IMG/VR virus record: IMGVR_UViG_3300027672_000032 | Location: 1-37,300 of that record | Source of the DNA: a virus | Lineage: Duplodnaviria; Caudoviricetes | Direction: 5' to 3' (one strand) | Length of the DNA: 37,300 nt | Shown here: in pieces, positions 10,281-19,311 of the stretch | Numbering within the stretch: position 1 is the stretch's first letter | Layout of the letters: the number at the start of each line of letters is the position of its first letter | Position numbers and translations under genes: made by a program | Notes under the pieces: model-generated | The model's input: the letters and a program-made list of their open reading frames with translations, nothing else | The model's database searches: none | What the model was told of the DNA's origin: nothing

Positions 10281-10523
10281 CTAGTTATACACAGGGCCAC
10301 TGCCCGTGTCAAGAAGAAGTGGCTCAGCAGTATCCTTAAAGTATTTAACCCACTCATATGCATCGTTGAAGTCTTCGAACCAGAAGTTATCTTCTTCTAA
10401 CTTACCGTCAATCTCCACCTTGCATACCATGTAATAGGTAGCTCCCTCTGGGGCATCATAATCTTCAGAGAAATCTTCTACTACTGTTGGACCTTCTAGT
10501 ATTCCCCATATTTTAACTTCCAT
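10281..10523 (-). CDS. Hypothetical acidic protein
   Basis: 80-aa ORF overlapping the upstream gene in a packed operon. Confidence 0.7.
   Translation of the reverse strand: MEVKIWGILEGPTVVEDFSEDYDAPEGATYYMVCKVEIDGKLEEDNFWFEDFNDAYEWVKYFKDTAEPLLLDTGSGPVYN
10284..10312 (-). promoter_or_regulatory. Sigma70-type promoter for the nucleotide-metabolism cluster
   Basis: Minus strand TTGACA-17 nt-TATAAC(T), embedded in the 3' end of the upstream ORF. Confidence 0.7.
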
Positions 10524-10869
10524 CTTTATCTTTCCAATTCCTTAAGAGTTCCATGTAGTGATCCATACCAACCATCACCACCCAAGGCATACGATCAGAC
10601 CTAAAGAATACTACTGGTTCACCCTTAGCATGATTACTTGCTTGTTCCAAGTACCCATACACAGTTTTTAAAGAAGATTTCCTACGCTTAACTTCTATTG
10701 TAATAGGTAGCTTCTTCCTTGCAGCAGGTGACAGCTGGATGTCTTCACCAGTGTCACCCATTGTTGTAGACTTGATGTCATCAGGCTCAAACTCAGGGAA
10801 TGTCTCAAGTAATTTATCCCTGACTTCCTGTTGACCACCTCTACCCTTTGCCTTAGCAGCCCTAGTCAT
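10513..10869 (-). CDS. PD-(D/E)xK endonuclease, Holliday junction resolvase-like
   Basis: AKAKGR...GEDI...IEVKRR...PVV pattern of Hjc-like phage resolvases. Confidence 0.75.
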   Translation of the reverse strand: MTRAAKAKGRGGQQEVRDKLLETFPEFEPDDIKSTTMGDTGEDIQLSPAARKKLPITIEVKRRKSSLKTVYGYLEQASNHAKGEPVVFFRSDRMPWVVMVGMDHYMELLRNWKDKDGS

Positions 10870-11716
10870 TTAAAATTTCCTGTACTTGAGGCACTTTCTC
10901 AACGTGAGTCAGGTACTCTACACCATAAGAGTATTGGAACATACGGACACTAGGCCAGCACTCTTTCTTATAGTCGCAGAAGGTACAAGACTTATCTAGT
11001 TTCATGTTAGGACTAGACTTACTGGCAGGTACGGGGGGTACACGTTCAACTGGTATGCTACCTGCAACCATGCTCTTTGCTGCAAGCATCTCTTGTTCTT
11101 TAGTCTTAAGTTCCTCGGTAAAGTCATAGACATCTAAACAAATCTCACCACTTACCTTATCAATAACTAGGAAAGCCCCAGTTGTTTTGTTGGTAACGAG
11201 AGGGTCGTCCTTAGCTGCATACACATAAGAAGATAGTTGAGAGATGTAACCAAAGGGATCGTTAGCCCTAAGCTCACCATTCTTAAACTTCTTAAACGAG
11301 TAAGGGCTAGCTGACTTAACATCAACTGTCATACCATCAATGACTGCATCTCTGTGACCACGGATACCGTGGACGTGCATACGTTCTTGCATACCCTCCA
11401 CTGCGTGACCTGATGCCATGACCATGTGAAGGATTAGTTCCTCGATCATGTCGCCATAGAAAAATCTTAGTAGCATACTGGCACTAAGAGGCTCACTTGT
11501 TGTTGGTTTATTTATTCTGTACCAGAGTTTACGTTTGCATGGTGTGCCAATGGACGACAAAGAAAGGTAACCTCTTGGCTCCTGAGGCTTGCTGAATCTT
11601 GTATTAGCTGAGGTAGCAATAGCCTCGCCCATCATTGTGCCAAGCGTACTGGTCCAGCCACCTCTACCATAGATAACTTCTTCTAGGTCTGGAATTAGCG
11701 TATCAATATTTTTCAT
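10862..11716 (-). CDS. Cas4/RecB-like PD-(D/E)xK exonuclease
   Basis: S-x-S-x-IG-x-PC-x-RKLWY, GHRD...VDVKS, Q-x-x-x-Y and C-terminal CTFC...C (1+3 Cys arrangement). Confidence 0.85.
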   Translation of the reverse strand: MKNIDTLIPDLEEVIYGRGGWTSTLGTMMGEAIATSANTRFSKPQEPRGYLSLSSIGTPCKRKLWYRINKPTTSEPLSASMLLRFFYGDMIEELILHMVMASGHAVEGMQERMHVHGIRGHRDAVIDGMTVDVKSASPYSFKKFKNGELRANDPFGYISQLSSYVYAAKDDPLVTNKTTGAFLVIDKVSGEICLDVYDFTEELKTKEQEMLAAKSMVAGSIPVERVPPVPASKSSPNMKLDKSCTFCDYKKECWPSVRMFQYSYGVEYLTHVEKVPQVQEILND

Positions 11717-11728
11717 ATTCTCTCCTGT

Positions 11729-11753
11729 AAAAGTAGCCCCCCGAAGGGGGCCA
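11729..11753 (-). terminator. Rho-independent terminator after the SSB gene
   Basis: Minus strand GGCCCCC-TTCG-GGGGGCT followed by ACTTTT: GC stem with a cUUCGg tetraloop and a short U tract. Confidence 0.8.
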
Positions 11754-11757
11754 TAGT

Positions 11758-12303
11758 TTAGAACATTACTTCGTCTTCTATTGTTTGTACGCTAGCGGGT
11801 GACGAAACTACCGCTGGTTTACTTGATGCCGAGAAGACTTCAATCTTCTCAACAGGTGCACTGACATGATCAATGACCATCACTGAGTCAAGTCGTGTGC
11901 CAACCTTGCCGTACTTGGGGATGTCGTAAACAGTAGCAACGATCTCTACAGTAGAGCCATTACCAATCAGTCCATCTGATTCCAGATCCCAAGGTGTACC
12001 GTCTGCGTGAGTAACAACAGGTGCACCACCAGAGAACGGCTGTCCTGTATCAAACTTACGGTCAAACTTGACGACCGATCCCCTACCTTCTGCATCCTGT
12101 TTTGCGGACTTCTGTGCGCCTGATGATTGGAGTGCCTCTAGGTTAGGGCCGTCAAGAATTAAGTTAAGGGTGCAAGCACCATTGTATTTTTCGTAGCTAC
12201 CTTCCACTGATGGTGAAGGTTTGTAGCCAGCTAGGTCACGATTGCTTGCAAATACTTTTGCCCATTCTGCAATCCCAACGAGTTGAACTTTACGTGTAGC
12301 CAT
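11758..12303 (-). CDS. Probable single-stranded DNA-binding protein (T7 gp2.5-like)
   Basis: True start likely MATRK at 12303 (AGGAG RBS). IGNGS-x-V motif and acidic tail ending in F. Lies between polymerase and exonuclease. Confidence 0.75.
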   Translation of the reverse strand: MATRKVQLVGIAEWAKVFASNRDLAGYKPSPSVEGSYEKYNGACTLNLILDGPNLEALQSSGAQKSAKQDAEGRGSVVKFDRKFDTGQPFSGGAPVVTHADGTPWDLESDGLIGNGSTVEIVATVYDIPKYGKVGTRLDSVMVIDHVSAPVEKIEVFSASSKPAVVSSPASVQTIEDEVMF

Positions 12304-12313
12304 TTTATATCTC

Positions 12314-14158
12314 CTAATGAACGTCACTATATTTTTGACCGTACTGTACATCAATACCTAGGTCAACATTTAATTTAAGATCTTGGTTAAGTTTTTCTAT
12401 TGCCCACTTTAAAACCCTTGTGTGATCATCTTCTTCTCCTTTTTTAACAACGTTAATTGATTCATCGTGAAACTGGCCAATGATATTAGGCCGCTTTAGT
12501 CTGTAGTTTGCGACCCACCTATCGAAGCAGTAAGCACCAGTCGATTGGTTGAGGGTAGAGAATATATCTTTCTCGTACCGCAGACTATACCAGAATCCAC
12601 TGACAGGGTTCTTGACCCACATCTCACCATTAATCTTGCGTACCTTCTGATCTTCTGCAAAAGACTTTACAGACCAGTTACGTTCCCAGTAAGCATCAAG
12701 CAAAGCTTGGGCCTCTGGTACGGACATGCCAGTCTCACGAGATAACTTAGGTGAACCCACGCCATATGTAGCAGAGTAGTTCACAACCTTAAAGTTCTTA
12801 CGCATAGACTGAATGTCTGGCCTTTTACCTAAATTGTAATCATCTATCTCCTTTTGTGTAACTCTTCCTGCATGCTTTGCAAGGTCAAGGTGTGGATCAA
12901 ATCCCTCCTGTGACATCTCTAACACATAGGCAGGGTCGTAGGGTTGCATGTAGTGTCTCTTGGTAGTGTCTTCAAGTGATGTCATGTCAGCACCGCACAA
13001 GGTGTAACCCTCTGGTGCTATCAGACATCCTCTAATTTCTTTACCCCAAGGTTTATCTACACCTGGCAGATTTACAAGGGGCTTACTGTGCTTGAAGCGT
13101 AGGGTATTTGTAAGACCGTTTATCTCAGCCTTAACATGACCATTAACTTCAGAGCTTATGAAGCCCTTAAAGATTGCTAGCCTGTGATTAAGGATAGTGT
13201 AGCCCTCTAGCACAGACACGATAGGGTTCTGATCTACCAGAATTTCTACCGACTTAGTAAGTAGCCCTGCCTTACGGACTTGGGGTACCTTCTTTTCTTG
13301 ACTATCTTTTTTCTTGTAGTCGAATGTACAAGGTACCCAACCTAAAGAGTACAGCCAGTTCTTAACTTGGTCAGAGGAGTCTGGGTTAGGTTCATCCCAA
13401 CCCTTTGTTACTGTAACTTCACCATCATAGTGTCGTGGTAAGCCATGCTCATCAAGAAGTTTGAACCACTTCTCTCCGTGAGAGGAGACAGTACCATCCT
13501 GCTTGAAGCAGACCTTTGGCTTTCGTTTGATAGCTGTGACCCTACGCTTGGGCATGACTGCTGCAAGTTCAAGTGCACTCTCCTCCTTCTTCTTTGTGAT
13601 GTCATCAAAACATTTATTTGCTAAGTGAACATCAAGCTTCCAAGTAAACATCTCAGCTGCCGCAGCACAACCCATCTTAAACTCAAGGTACCTAAAGAAC
13701 TTATCAAGTAACTTCTTATCGTTCTCATACACATACAAGAACCTTTTAAGTAGGTTGGTCCACAGCAGCCAGTTGATCTTAACATCTTCTACACAACGGT
13801 GTGCATACTCTTCTGGAGATAAGTTTTTCCAGTCGTCTATCTCTGGCTTAGGTATATCAAAGTCTATGCCAAAGGTTTCTAACCCATGCTTGGATCTGCC
13901 GTAGTTAAGAACCCAAGACATAGGCAAGGTATCAAACAACCTAGCTGTAACCTTGATCCCTAAGATCTTCTCAAGCAAGGGTGCATCGTACCTAGTAATG
14001 TTATGACCAATCAAACCTTTCTGAGAAAGTATAAGGTCACGCATCTCTTGGTAGTCAAAGATAGTGTGGTAGTCTTTACCATCTGATGTGTAGGAAAGAC
14101 AGTGTATCTTTGTGGCATCTTCCAAAAGATCATCAGCTTCTACATCAAACAGTATCAT
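12314..14158 (-). CDS. polA: DNA polymerase family A with 3'-5' exonuclease
   Basis: Exo motifs FDVEAD, GHNITRYD and DV. Pol motif A GADMTSLE, motif B RKNFKVVNYSATYG, motif C FHDE. Confidence 0.95.
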   Translation of the reverse strand: MILFDVEADDLLEDATKIHCLSYTSDGKDYHTIFDYQEMRDLILSQKGLIGHNITRYDAPLLEKILGIKVTARLFDTLPMSWVLNYGRSKHGLETFGIDFDIPKPEIDDWKNLSPEEYAHRCVEDVKINWLLWTNLLKRFLYVYENDKKLLDKFFRYLEFKMGCAAAAEMFTWKLDVHLANKCFDDITKKKEESALELAAVMPKRRVTAIKRKPKVCFKQDGTVSSHGEKWFKLLDEHGLPRHYDGEVTVTKGWDEPNPDSSDQVKNWLYSLGWVPCTFDYKKKDSQEKKVPQVRKAGLLTKSVEILVDQNPIVSVLEGYTILNHRLAIFKGFISSEVNGHVKAEINGLTNTLRFKHSKPLVNLPGVDKPWGKEIRGCLIAPEGYTLCGADMTSLEDTTKRHYMQPYDPAYVLEMSQEGFDPHLDLAKHAGRVTQKEIDDYNLGKRPDIQSMRKNFKVVNYSATYGVGSPKLSRETGMSVPEAQALLDAYWERNWSVKSFAEDQKVRKINGEMWVKNPVSGFWYSLRYEKDIFSTLNQSTGAYCFDRWVANYRLKRPNIIGQFHDESINVVKKGEEDDHTRVLKWAIEKLNQDLKLNVDLGIDVQYGQKYSDVH

Positions 14159-15762
14159 GCAGCTATTGAACTCCCTTGATATGGTGCATCCTCAGTAAGG
14201 ATGGTTGTTTCTGGATCGTAGTATAGTGACCCTGCATTACCTAACTTAGCGAACGGTCTGTTCTTGTCAATGAAAAATGACGTAGTGTTCTGAAGTATCT
14301 CATCCTCAGACTCAACATCACGTTCAAGCTTGATACAGATGATAGCTTCTTCCTCAAGTGATGCAGCATACTTTGTTCTGCCATCATCATTGACCTGTGA
14401 GATGAATACCACACCAATGTTTAACTCCTTGGCTAACTGAGCCATACGTGAGCCTAGTGTGGTCAGGGTACTGGTGGCACCATCAACACCACTGTTGGAC
14501 AGGTAGGCTAGACGTTGTACGTGATCAATGAAGATGAACCCTGCACCATAAACTGAGGCAGACAACCTGACATAATCTAAAAGCTTAAGGGGATCATCAT
14601 GTCCTCTCATCTCAAAGATAATAGTACGTTCACCCTGTGTTGCTGCTTGAGCAGCTTTGATCACATCAGCCTCACTGATACCCGCTTCCCTTGCATCATC
14701 CTTGGTACGAACATTAATACCTAAGTGGTATGTAGCCATAGCACGGTAGGTTGTAGACTTCATCTCCTCCATGTGCAGTAGGGCTATGCGTGTGTCCTCG
14801 TCACGTAGTAGTCCTGTCTCAAAGAAACGAACGACTTCGGTCTTACCCATACCACGAGGAGCTTTGATAAAGGTAAGACCTCCCTTAACCATACCCCTGA
14901 TCTTTTCATCAAGACCAGCGTGACCAGTGGGTACATACTCGTAAGGGTTTTCTGTAAGGATTGCCTGTTCTACATCTGTATCAGAGCAGAAGAAGTTCTC
15001 CGGTGAATATCTCTGTGGTTTTCTTGCGGCCCACATCAGTGCATCAGAGTCACCAGCCTCAAGGAACTCATTAGCATCCTTGTACTTGGACATTGGTACA
15101 TAGTAAAACTTATCAGGGAAAGCTTGATATAGTTTATCAGCAGCCCTGCGACCAGCATCATCTAGCTCACCTGCGTACACTAACTCTTTGAATGACGACA
15201 GGTAATCATGATTGTGTTTGATGAACTTCTCACCGATGGATGCGCTGGGCAGGGACTTAACTGGGAAAGTCTTACCTAGTATCTGGTACAGGCTGGCGGC
15301 ATCGAACTCACCTTCTGTAATGTAGATACGGTTACTAGAACCTGCGTTAAACTCTGGGCCGAACAGCATGTTCATACCCAAGCCACGGTCCTTGACCCAC
15401 GACTTAGACTTATCATTAAACATGCGGTACTTGGTTGTGTGTGGGTACTTGTAGGCATACCTTACTGGATTGCCATCTGCACCCAACTGTAGTTGTATCC
15501 CATACATCTGGCATACATCAGGGTCTATTCCCCTGATACCATTGTATGTCATACCTTTTACTTCTATGTCCATTGGGTTTCTCCTCTCCCGTAGTGGATA
15601 ATCGGTAGCTGCCCACTCAAAGGTTGCTGGCATCCCCTTCTCTGGGTAAGACCTGCTGCATGAATGGCAGTGACCGAAGCCATCATCATTCCAATTGAAG
15701 GCATCACTTGATCCGCAGTCTTGATACGGACAAGCTAAGTGTGGGTTGTCATTCGTCGCCAT
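14155..15762 (-). CDS. T7 gp4-like primase-helicase
   Basis: Zn ribbon CPYQDC...CHSC. TOPRIM ITEGEFDA, DDAG, KDANE. Walker A PRGMGKT. FIDH and KNR motifs. Confidence 0.93.
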   Translation of the reverse strand: MATNDNPHLACPYQDCGSSDAFNWNDDGFGHCHSCSRSYPEKGMPATFEWAATDYPLRERRNPMDIEVKGMTYNGIRGIDPDVCQMYGIQLQLGADGNPVRYAYKYPHTTKYRMFNDKSKSWVKDRGLGMNMLFGPEFNAGSSNRIYITEGEFDAASLYQILGKTFPVKSLPSASIGEKFIKHNHDYLSSFKELVYAGELDDAGRRAADKLYQAFPDKFYYVPMSKYKDANEFLEAGDSDALMWAARKPQRYSPENFFCSDTDVEQAILTENPYEYVPTGHAGLDEKIRGMVKGGLTFIKAPRGMGKTEVVRFFETGLLRDEDTRIALLHMEEMKSTTYRAMATYHLGINVRTKDDAREAGISEADVIKAAQAATQGERTIIFEMRGHDDPLKLLDYVRLSASVYGAGFIFIDHVQRLAYLSNSGVDGATSTLTTLGSRMAQLAKELNIGVVFISQVNDDGRTKYAASLEEEAIICIKLERDVESEDEILQNTTSFFIDKNRPFAKLGNAGSLYYDPETTILTEDAPYQGSSIAA

Positions 15763-15931
15763 AATAAAAATCCATAAGCATTGCCCAGATGTACATGACA
15801 GAAACTACAGGCCATGTCAAGGCTATTTTAATAGGTGCATTCTCGTGCTCATCATCAAGAGGTTCTACTAAACCTAAGACCAGCATAACACCTAGGAGGT
15901 ACATCAGTACCCCGACCCAAAGAGCTATCAA
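15749..15931 (-). CDS. Small membrane protein
   Basis: Two hydrophobic segments. Overlaps both neighbours. Confidence 0.7.
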   Translation of the reverse strand: MIALWVGVLMYLLGVMLVLGLVEPLDDEHENAPIKIALTWPVVSVMYIWAMLMDFYYGDE

Positions 15932-16167
15932 AAATCACCCCCTAACCTTAACTTGTACATACCTTCTGTACTGTTCATGGACGCTACTATATCCAACAGC
16001 TGTTGTTGACTTAACATAATCATATCAGAACTCCCCGACTCCTCGTCATGCTGGGCTATAAAAACAGAACCATTGTCAGTTAGTGTAATCTCAACATCAC
16101 CGAACTCACCTCGTTCATCTAAGGTTATGATAGTTATTAGGTCGTGGTCAAACTCAACCGTATACAT
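15928..16167 (-). CDS. Hypothetical protein
   Basis: Likely start MYTVEF at 16167, just after the upstream stop. Confidence 0.7.
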   Translation of the reverse strand: MYTVEFDHDLITIITLDERGEFGDVEITLTDNGSVFIAQHDEESGSSDMIMLSQQQLLDIVASMNSTEGMYKLRLGGDF

Positions 16168-16169
16168 AA

Positions 16170-16421
16170 CTAAAGCTTTTCCTCTCCATTTAATTGGTTG
16201 ATACGCATCTGACAATACCGTTGAACTTTCTCTAAGTCTATGATCTCTGACTCAATGGTTGTCTTGTCGTCATACATTTTAAAACCTGCACGACTAGCAT
16301 ACTTAATGATGTTACCCCGCCAGAACTCAAAGCCATTGCGCATGATGTAGGTGATAGGTTCTATCTTCCACCTTGCGTAGTGGTCTGGTTCATTGACTAT
16401 CTCTTGATTAAACTTCAGCAT
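16170..16421 (-). CDS. DUF3310-family protein (T7 gp1.7 nucleotide-kinase-like)
   Basis: VN-x-P-x-HY...IE-x-I...GNIIKYA-x-RAG-x-K...DLEK...Y signature. Confidence 0.8.
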   Translation of the reverse strand: MLKFNQEIVNEPDHYARWKIEPITYIMRNGFEFWRGNIIKYASRAGFKMYDDKTTIESEIIDLEKVQRYCQMRINQLNGEEKL

Positions 16422-16660
16422 TATATACCCCTGTTAATTAGTGCCCTGACCTTAGCTCGACTACGTTCATCTGTAGTCAAAGGTCTTATGTCTGTTTGCT
16501 CTACTACATATGCGTTGTTGTACCTAAGAAGATGGGCTTCAGCCTCCCCTTTTGTTTCAAAGATCAAAGGTTTTGATTCGTAAGTAAAGGGGTTCTCTGC
16601 AGAGGCATACGCCCACTCATCTTCATCCACCTCAAACTTAACTAAGTATTGACTACTCAT
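16421..16660 (-). CDS. Hypothetical protein
   Basis: 79-aa ORF with TAATG coupling to the downstream gene. Confidence 0.7.
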   Translation of the reverse strand: MSSQYLVKFEVDEDEWAYASAENPFTYESKPLIFETKGEAEAHLLRYNNAYVVEQTDIRPLTTDERSRAKVRALINRGI

Positions 16661-16811
16661 GGCTTAGACCTCGCTCAACTAAGGTGACAAAACCTACGTT
16701 AAAGATAGCTTCAAATGTCTCAGGGTCACACTCAACCTGTAAGGTAGCACTGCCATCTTCATGTTCTTCTATCTCTGTTACCTTGATAGGTTTGCTAATA
16801 TCTTTAGTCAT
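16653..16811 (-). CDS. Small hypothetical protein (52 aa), not in ORF track
   Basis: MTKDISKPIKVTEIEEHEDGSATLQVECDPETFEAIFNVGFVTLVERGLSHE. AAGGAG RBS. Confidence 0.8.
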   Translation of the reverse strand: MTKDISKPIKVTEIEEHEDGSATLQVECDPETFEAIFNVGFVTLVERGLSHE

Positions 16812-16829
16812 CTGTATTCTCCTTTTTAG

Positions 16830-17117
16830 CTAGTAGTTTTCTAGTTCGTTATAGTCAGTCACTTCTACTAGTTGTCCTTTTAACTCTTCAACTTCAACCC
16901 ACCAAGTTATACGATCAGGGTAGCCACCAGTACGTTCAGCTACACTTGAAACAACATTCATCATGTCTCTTACTTGAGGAGCAGACATGTGGTACTGAGG
17001 TGAGTTTGGTACCCTGTAGTAGTCTTTGTTTTCAGGCCTCAGCATTTCTTGAGCGTTATCAAGGTTATCCATGTCCATGAGGTAGAAACTACGTATCTTA
17101 GCCTTACGATAATACAT
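16830..17117 (-). CDS. Hypothetical protein
   Basis: 95 aa with AAGGAG RBS. Confidence 0.75.
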   Translation of the reverse strand: MYYRKAKIRSFYLMDMDNLDNAQEMLRPENKDYYRVPNSPQYHMSAPQVRDMMNVVSSVAERTGGYPDRITWWVEVEELKGQLVEVTDYNELENY

Positions 17118-17266
17118 TACTTGTTCTCCTTTGTATGCTTACGGAATCGTTTATTGTACGCACGTTTGATCTTCTTTAGCTGACCACGTTTCCACATGTA
17201 AAACTTACGTGCTTTAGTGAGGCCGTCATACTCATCACCACCCTTCATGGGGATACGTTTGGTCAC
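17117..17266 (-). CDS. Small basic protein (49 aa), not in ORF track
   Basis: GTG start. MTKRIPMKGGDEYDGLTKARKFYMWKRGQLKKIKRAYNKRFRKHTKENK. AGGAG RBS. TAATG coupling to the next gene. Confidence 0.75.
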   Translation of the reverse strand: MTKRIPMKGGDEYDGLTKARKFYMWKRGQLKKIKRAYNKRFRKHTKENK

Positions 17267-17363
17267 TCATCATCTCCTACTACTGGGGTATTAGTAATGG
17301 CAAGTATTGCCTCTTAACTAATACTCTGGTGTCATTAGTATATCTTCTAGTTTAGTCAAAGGA

Positions 17364-18023
17364 TTAATCCATTAGTGCATCCCATGCTACAGGGAATAGC
17401 TCAATCATCTTACGATCAATCTGATTAGCCACCTGTCGTGTCTCTTCTTGTGTGTCAGGCTTACACCGTAGGTTACACATATCAGCAAGGGCATCAAGGC
17501 TACCTGACCAGTACCACTCAGTCATAGTGTTCTGAGGCAGTACCATACGTGCCTGTTCCTCACACACATTCTCTTCTAGGAGGTGATCATATAACATAGC
17601 TACAAGACGTTGTGTTGTCTTGATGTTAATGCCCTGTACTTCACCTGCACTACCCTGCTTCTTATCCTTAGCCTGTCCACGCCATACATCAGGGTGGTAG
17701 AACTCAGGTGCATCACTGACATACCTACGACTGATCTCATTCCAACGTAAGAACTTATGCTTCACTAGCTGTCGGGCTACGAAGATGGGAGCCTTGACGT
17801 GGAAGGATGCAAAGGCATGGCCGAAGGGTGACAGGTGTTTATGCTTGGCTAGGTACTTGATTAGCTTGGTGTCACGATCACTTAGAATCTTTAGTTGAGG
17901 ATGCATGGTACTGTGACGCCAATCAAGATAAGCCCACTCACTTTTCTTACCGAAGCTAACCCGTGCTGCGTTTACTACTGACAGGTCACTGCCCATGTGG
18001 TCTACATATGTTGCTTCAATCAT
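17364..18023 (-). CDS. thyX: Flavin-dependent thymidylate synthase
   Basis: AARVS, H-x-SPF-x-H, ARQLVKH...NEISRRY, EQARMVLP and TQEETR motifs. Confidence 0.95.
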   Translation of the reverse strand: MIEATYVDHMGSDLSVVNAARVSFGKKSEWAYLDWRHSTMHPQLKILSDRDTKLIKYLAKHKHLSPFGHAFASFHVKAPIFVARQLVKHKFLRWNEISRRYVSDAPEFYHPDVWRGQAKDKKQGSAGEVQGINIKTTQRLVAMLYDHLLEENVCEEQARMVLPQNTMTEWYWSGSLDALADMCNLRCKPDTQEETRQVANQIDRKMIELFPVAWDALMD

Positions 18024-18195
18024 CGACGGTCACTCCAATACAATCTATTGTTTCGTTGTCACTGTTCACCATAACGGCAGCACCCTTGAGGTTAGCCCTA
18101 CACAGTGTCTCATTATCGTAATTACCTAAGTCATAGTACCGAACCCCTTGGTCTGGTACAAAGACAAACCACATCAGTACCCATACAGTGTTCAT
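18016..18195 (-). CDS. Small protein with hydrophobic N-terminus and two Cys (59 aa), not in ORF track
   Basis: MNTVWVLMWFVFVPDQGVRYYDLGNYDNETLCRANLKGAAVMVNSDNETIDCIGVTVDD. AAGGAG RBS. Overlaps the thyX start. Confidence 0.78.
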   Translation of the reverse strand: MNTVWVLMWFVFVPDQGVRYYDLGNYDNETLCRANLKGAAVMVNSDNETIDCIGVTVDD

Positions 18196-18209
18196 ACTTC
18201 ATCTCCTTA

Positions 18210-19094
18210 TCATTGTCTCTGCCGCCTGTCCAATGCAGACTTAGCAGTTTTCAAACTGAATTTATTATAGGGGTTAAGACTTGCCACACTCTTATGACCT
18301 GATACAGATTGAATTGCAAGCTGGTCTACACCACTCTCAATCATCTGCACTATCGCAGTCTTACGTAGGTCACCCACCCTTAGGTCATCAGGAAGCCCTG
18401 CAGTGGCCTTAACCTCCGCCAGCAGGGCTGTCATGTTATGGACGGTTAGTGGCCTGTAAGACCTGTCTGCTGCCTTGTGGTAGGGTACCACCCACTGTTG
18501 GAAGTCCCAGTCTCCCTTCTGTTCAGATAGCATGTCAAATATATTATCTGGTATAGGTAACTCAACCACTGCACCACGTTTACTTTGGGTGATGGTTACA
18601 GACTTCTCATCAAGGTCCACATCATCCCACTTAAGGTTTCTTATATCAACAGGACGTTGACCCCACTCATAACACATAAGTACAATCATACCTATGTTCC
18701 TCCACTCAAACTTTGTGAAGGCAACGTCAAGAAACTTCATCACCTGATCGTGAGTCCAGATAACTGAACGAGGTGTGCTGGTTCTCTTGCGTACCCTAGC
18801 CATAGGGTTGAGGTTTAAGAGATCCAACGACACCAAGTAGTTCATGAGAACAGAGAACACCCTAGCATTGTGGTTTGCATTTGATGTAGATGTCTCCGAT
18901 TCCCATGTGTCGTACATCTCAGTACAGATTAGAACATTAATACTGTTGATATTAATCTTACTAATCCTCTTGCCCATCACAGACATACGACCAAAGGATG
19001 TGAGACAAGCTTCGTAACCTCTCTGAGAGGAGGCAGAGAGTGAAGCAAAGTGCCTCGTTCTAAAGTAGCTGTCTACTGCATCCTTGTATTTCAT
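18210..19094 (-). CDS. int: Tyrosine recombinase / integrase
   Basis: GQRPVDI (R), QSKRG (K), GDLRKTA (D in place of H in HxxR), SGHKS and NPY (Y). Likely start MKYKD at 19094. Confidence 0.88.
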   Translation of the reverse strand: MKYKDAVDSYFRTRHFASLSASSQRGYEACLTSFGRMSVMGKRISKININSINVLICTEMYDTWESETSTSNANHNARVFSVLMNYLVSLDLLNLNPMARVRKRTSTPRSVIWTHDQVMKFLDVAFTKFEWRNIGMIVLMCYEWGQRPVDIRNLKWDDVDLDEKSVTITQSKRGAVVELPIPDNIFDMLSEQKGDWDFQQWVVPYHKAADRSYRPLTVHNMTALLAEVKATAGLPDDLRVGDLRKTAIVQMIESGVDQLAIQSVSGHKSVASLNPYNKFSLKTAKSALDRRQRQ

Positions 19095-19138
19095 ATCTTT
19101 CCTAACCAATGTGTACAGTCGTCATGAGGATCATCCAT
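19091..19138 (-). CDS. 15-aa upstream micro-ORF coupled to the integrase
   Basis: AAGGAG-6 nt-ATG, MDDPHDDCTHWLGKI. Stop overlaps the integrase start (ATGA). Confidence 0.55.
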   Translation of the reverse strand: MDDPHDDCTHWLGKI

Positions 19139-19149
19139 GCTGATCTCCT

Positions 19150-19226
19150 TGGCCCACCCTGTAGGATTCGAACCTACGGCCTACTCATTAGAAGTGAGTT
19201 GCTCTATCCAGCTGAGCTAAGGGTGG
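19150..19226 (-). tRNA. tRNA-Arg(UCU)
   Basis: 77-nt cloverleaf: acceptor CCACCCT/AGGGTGG, D arm GCTC/GAGC, anticodon stem ACTCA/TGAGT with loop CT-TCT-AA, T arm GTAGG-TTCGAAT-CCTAC, encoded CCA. Confidence 0.96.
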
Positions 19227-19228
19227 GT

Positions 19229-19311
19229 ACTATAGTAGTACTTAAGTATATATATTTATAAGATATATTATAAAGTATATTCTTTAAGTAATACTTAAGT
19301 ATATTATATAG
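19229..19311. repeat. AT-rich cassette with TACTTAAGTA palindromes (copy 1)
   Basis: Almost purely A/T. Repeated (TAC)TTAAGTA. Shares 21 bp (inverted) and 18 bp (direct) with 25056-25163. Confidence 0.8.

Noticed and set aside
12314-14158. DnaJ-like CxxCxGxG insertion typical of HMO-2011-type polymerases; inteins or introns in pol, nrdJ or terL
   Set aside because: No such motif. Lengths are compact and reading frames are uninterrupted.
17267-17363. Possible small gene in the gap after thyX
   Set aside because: Only very short frames without a credible start.
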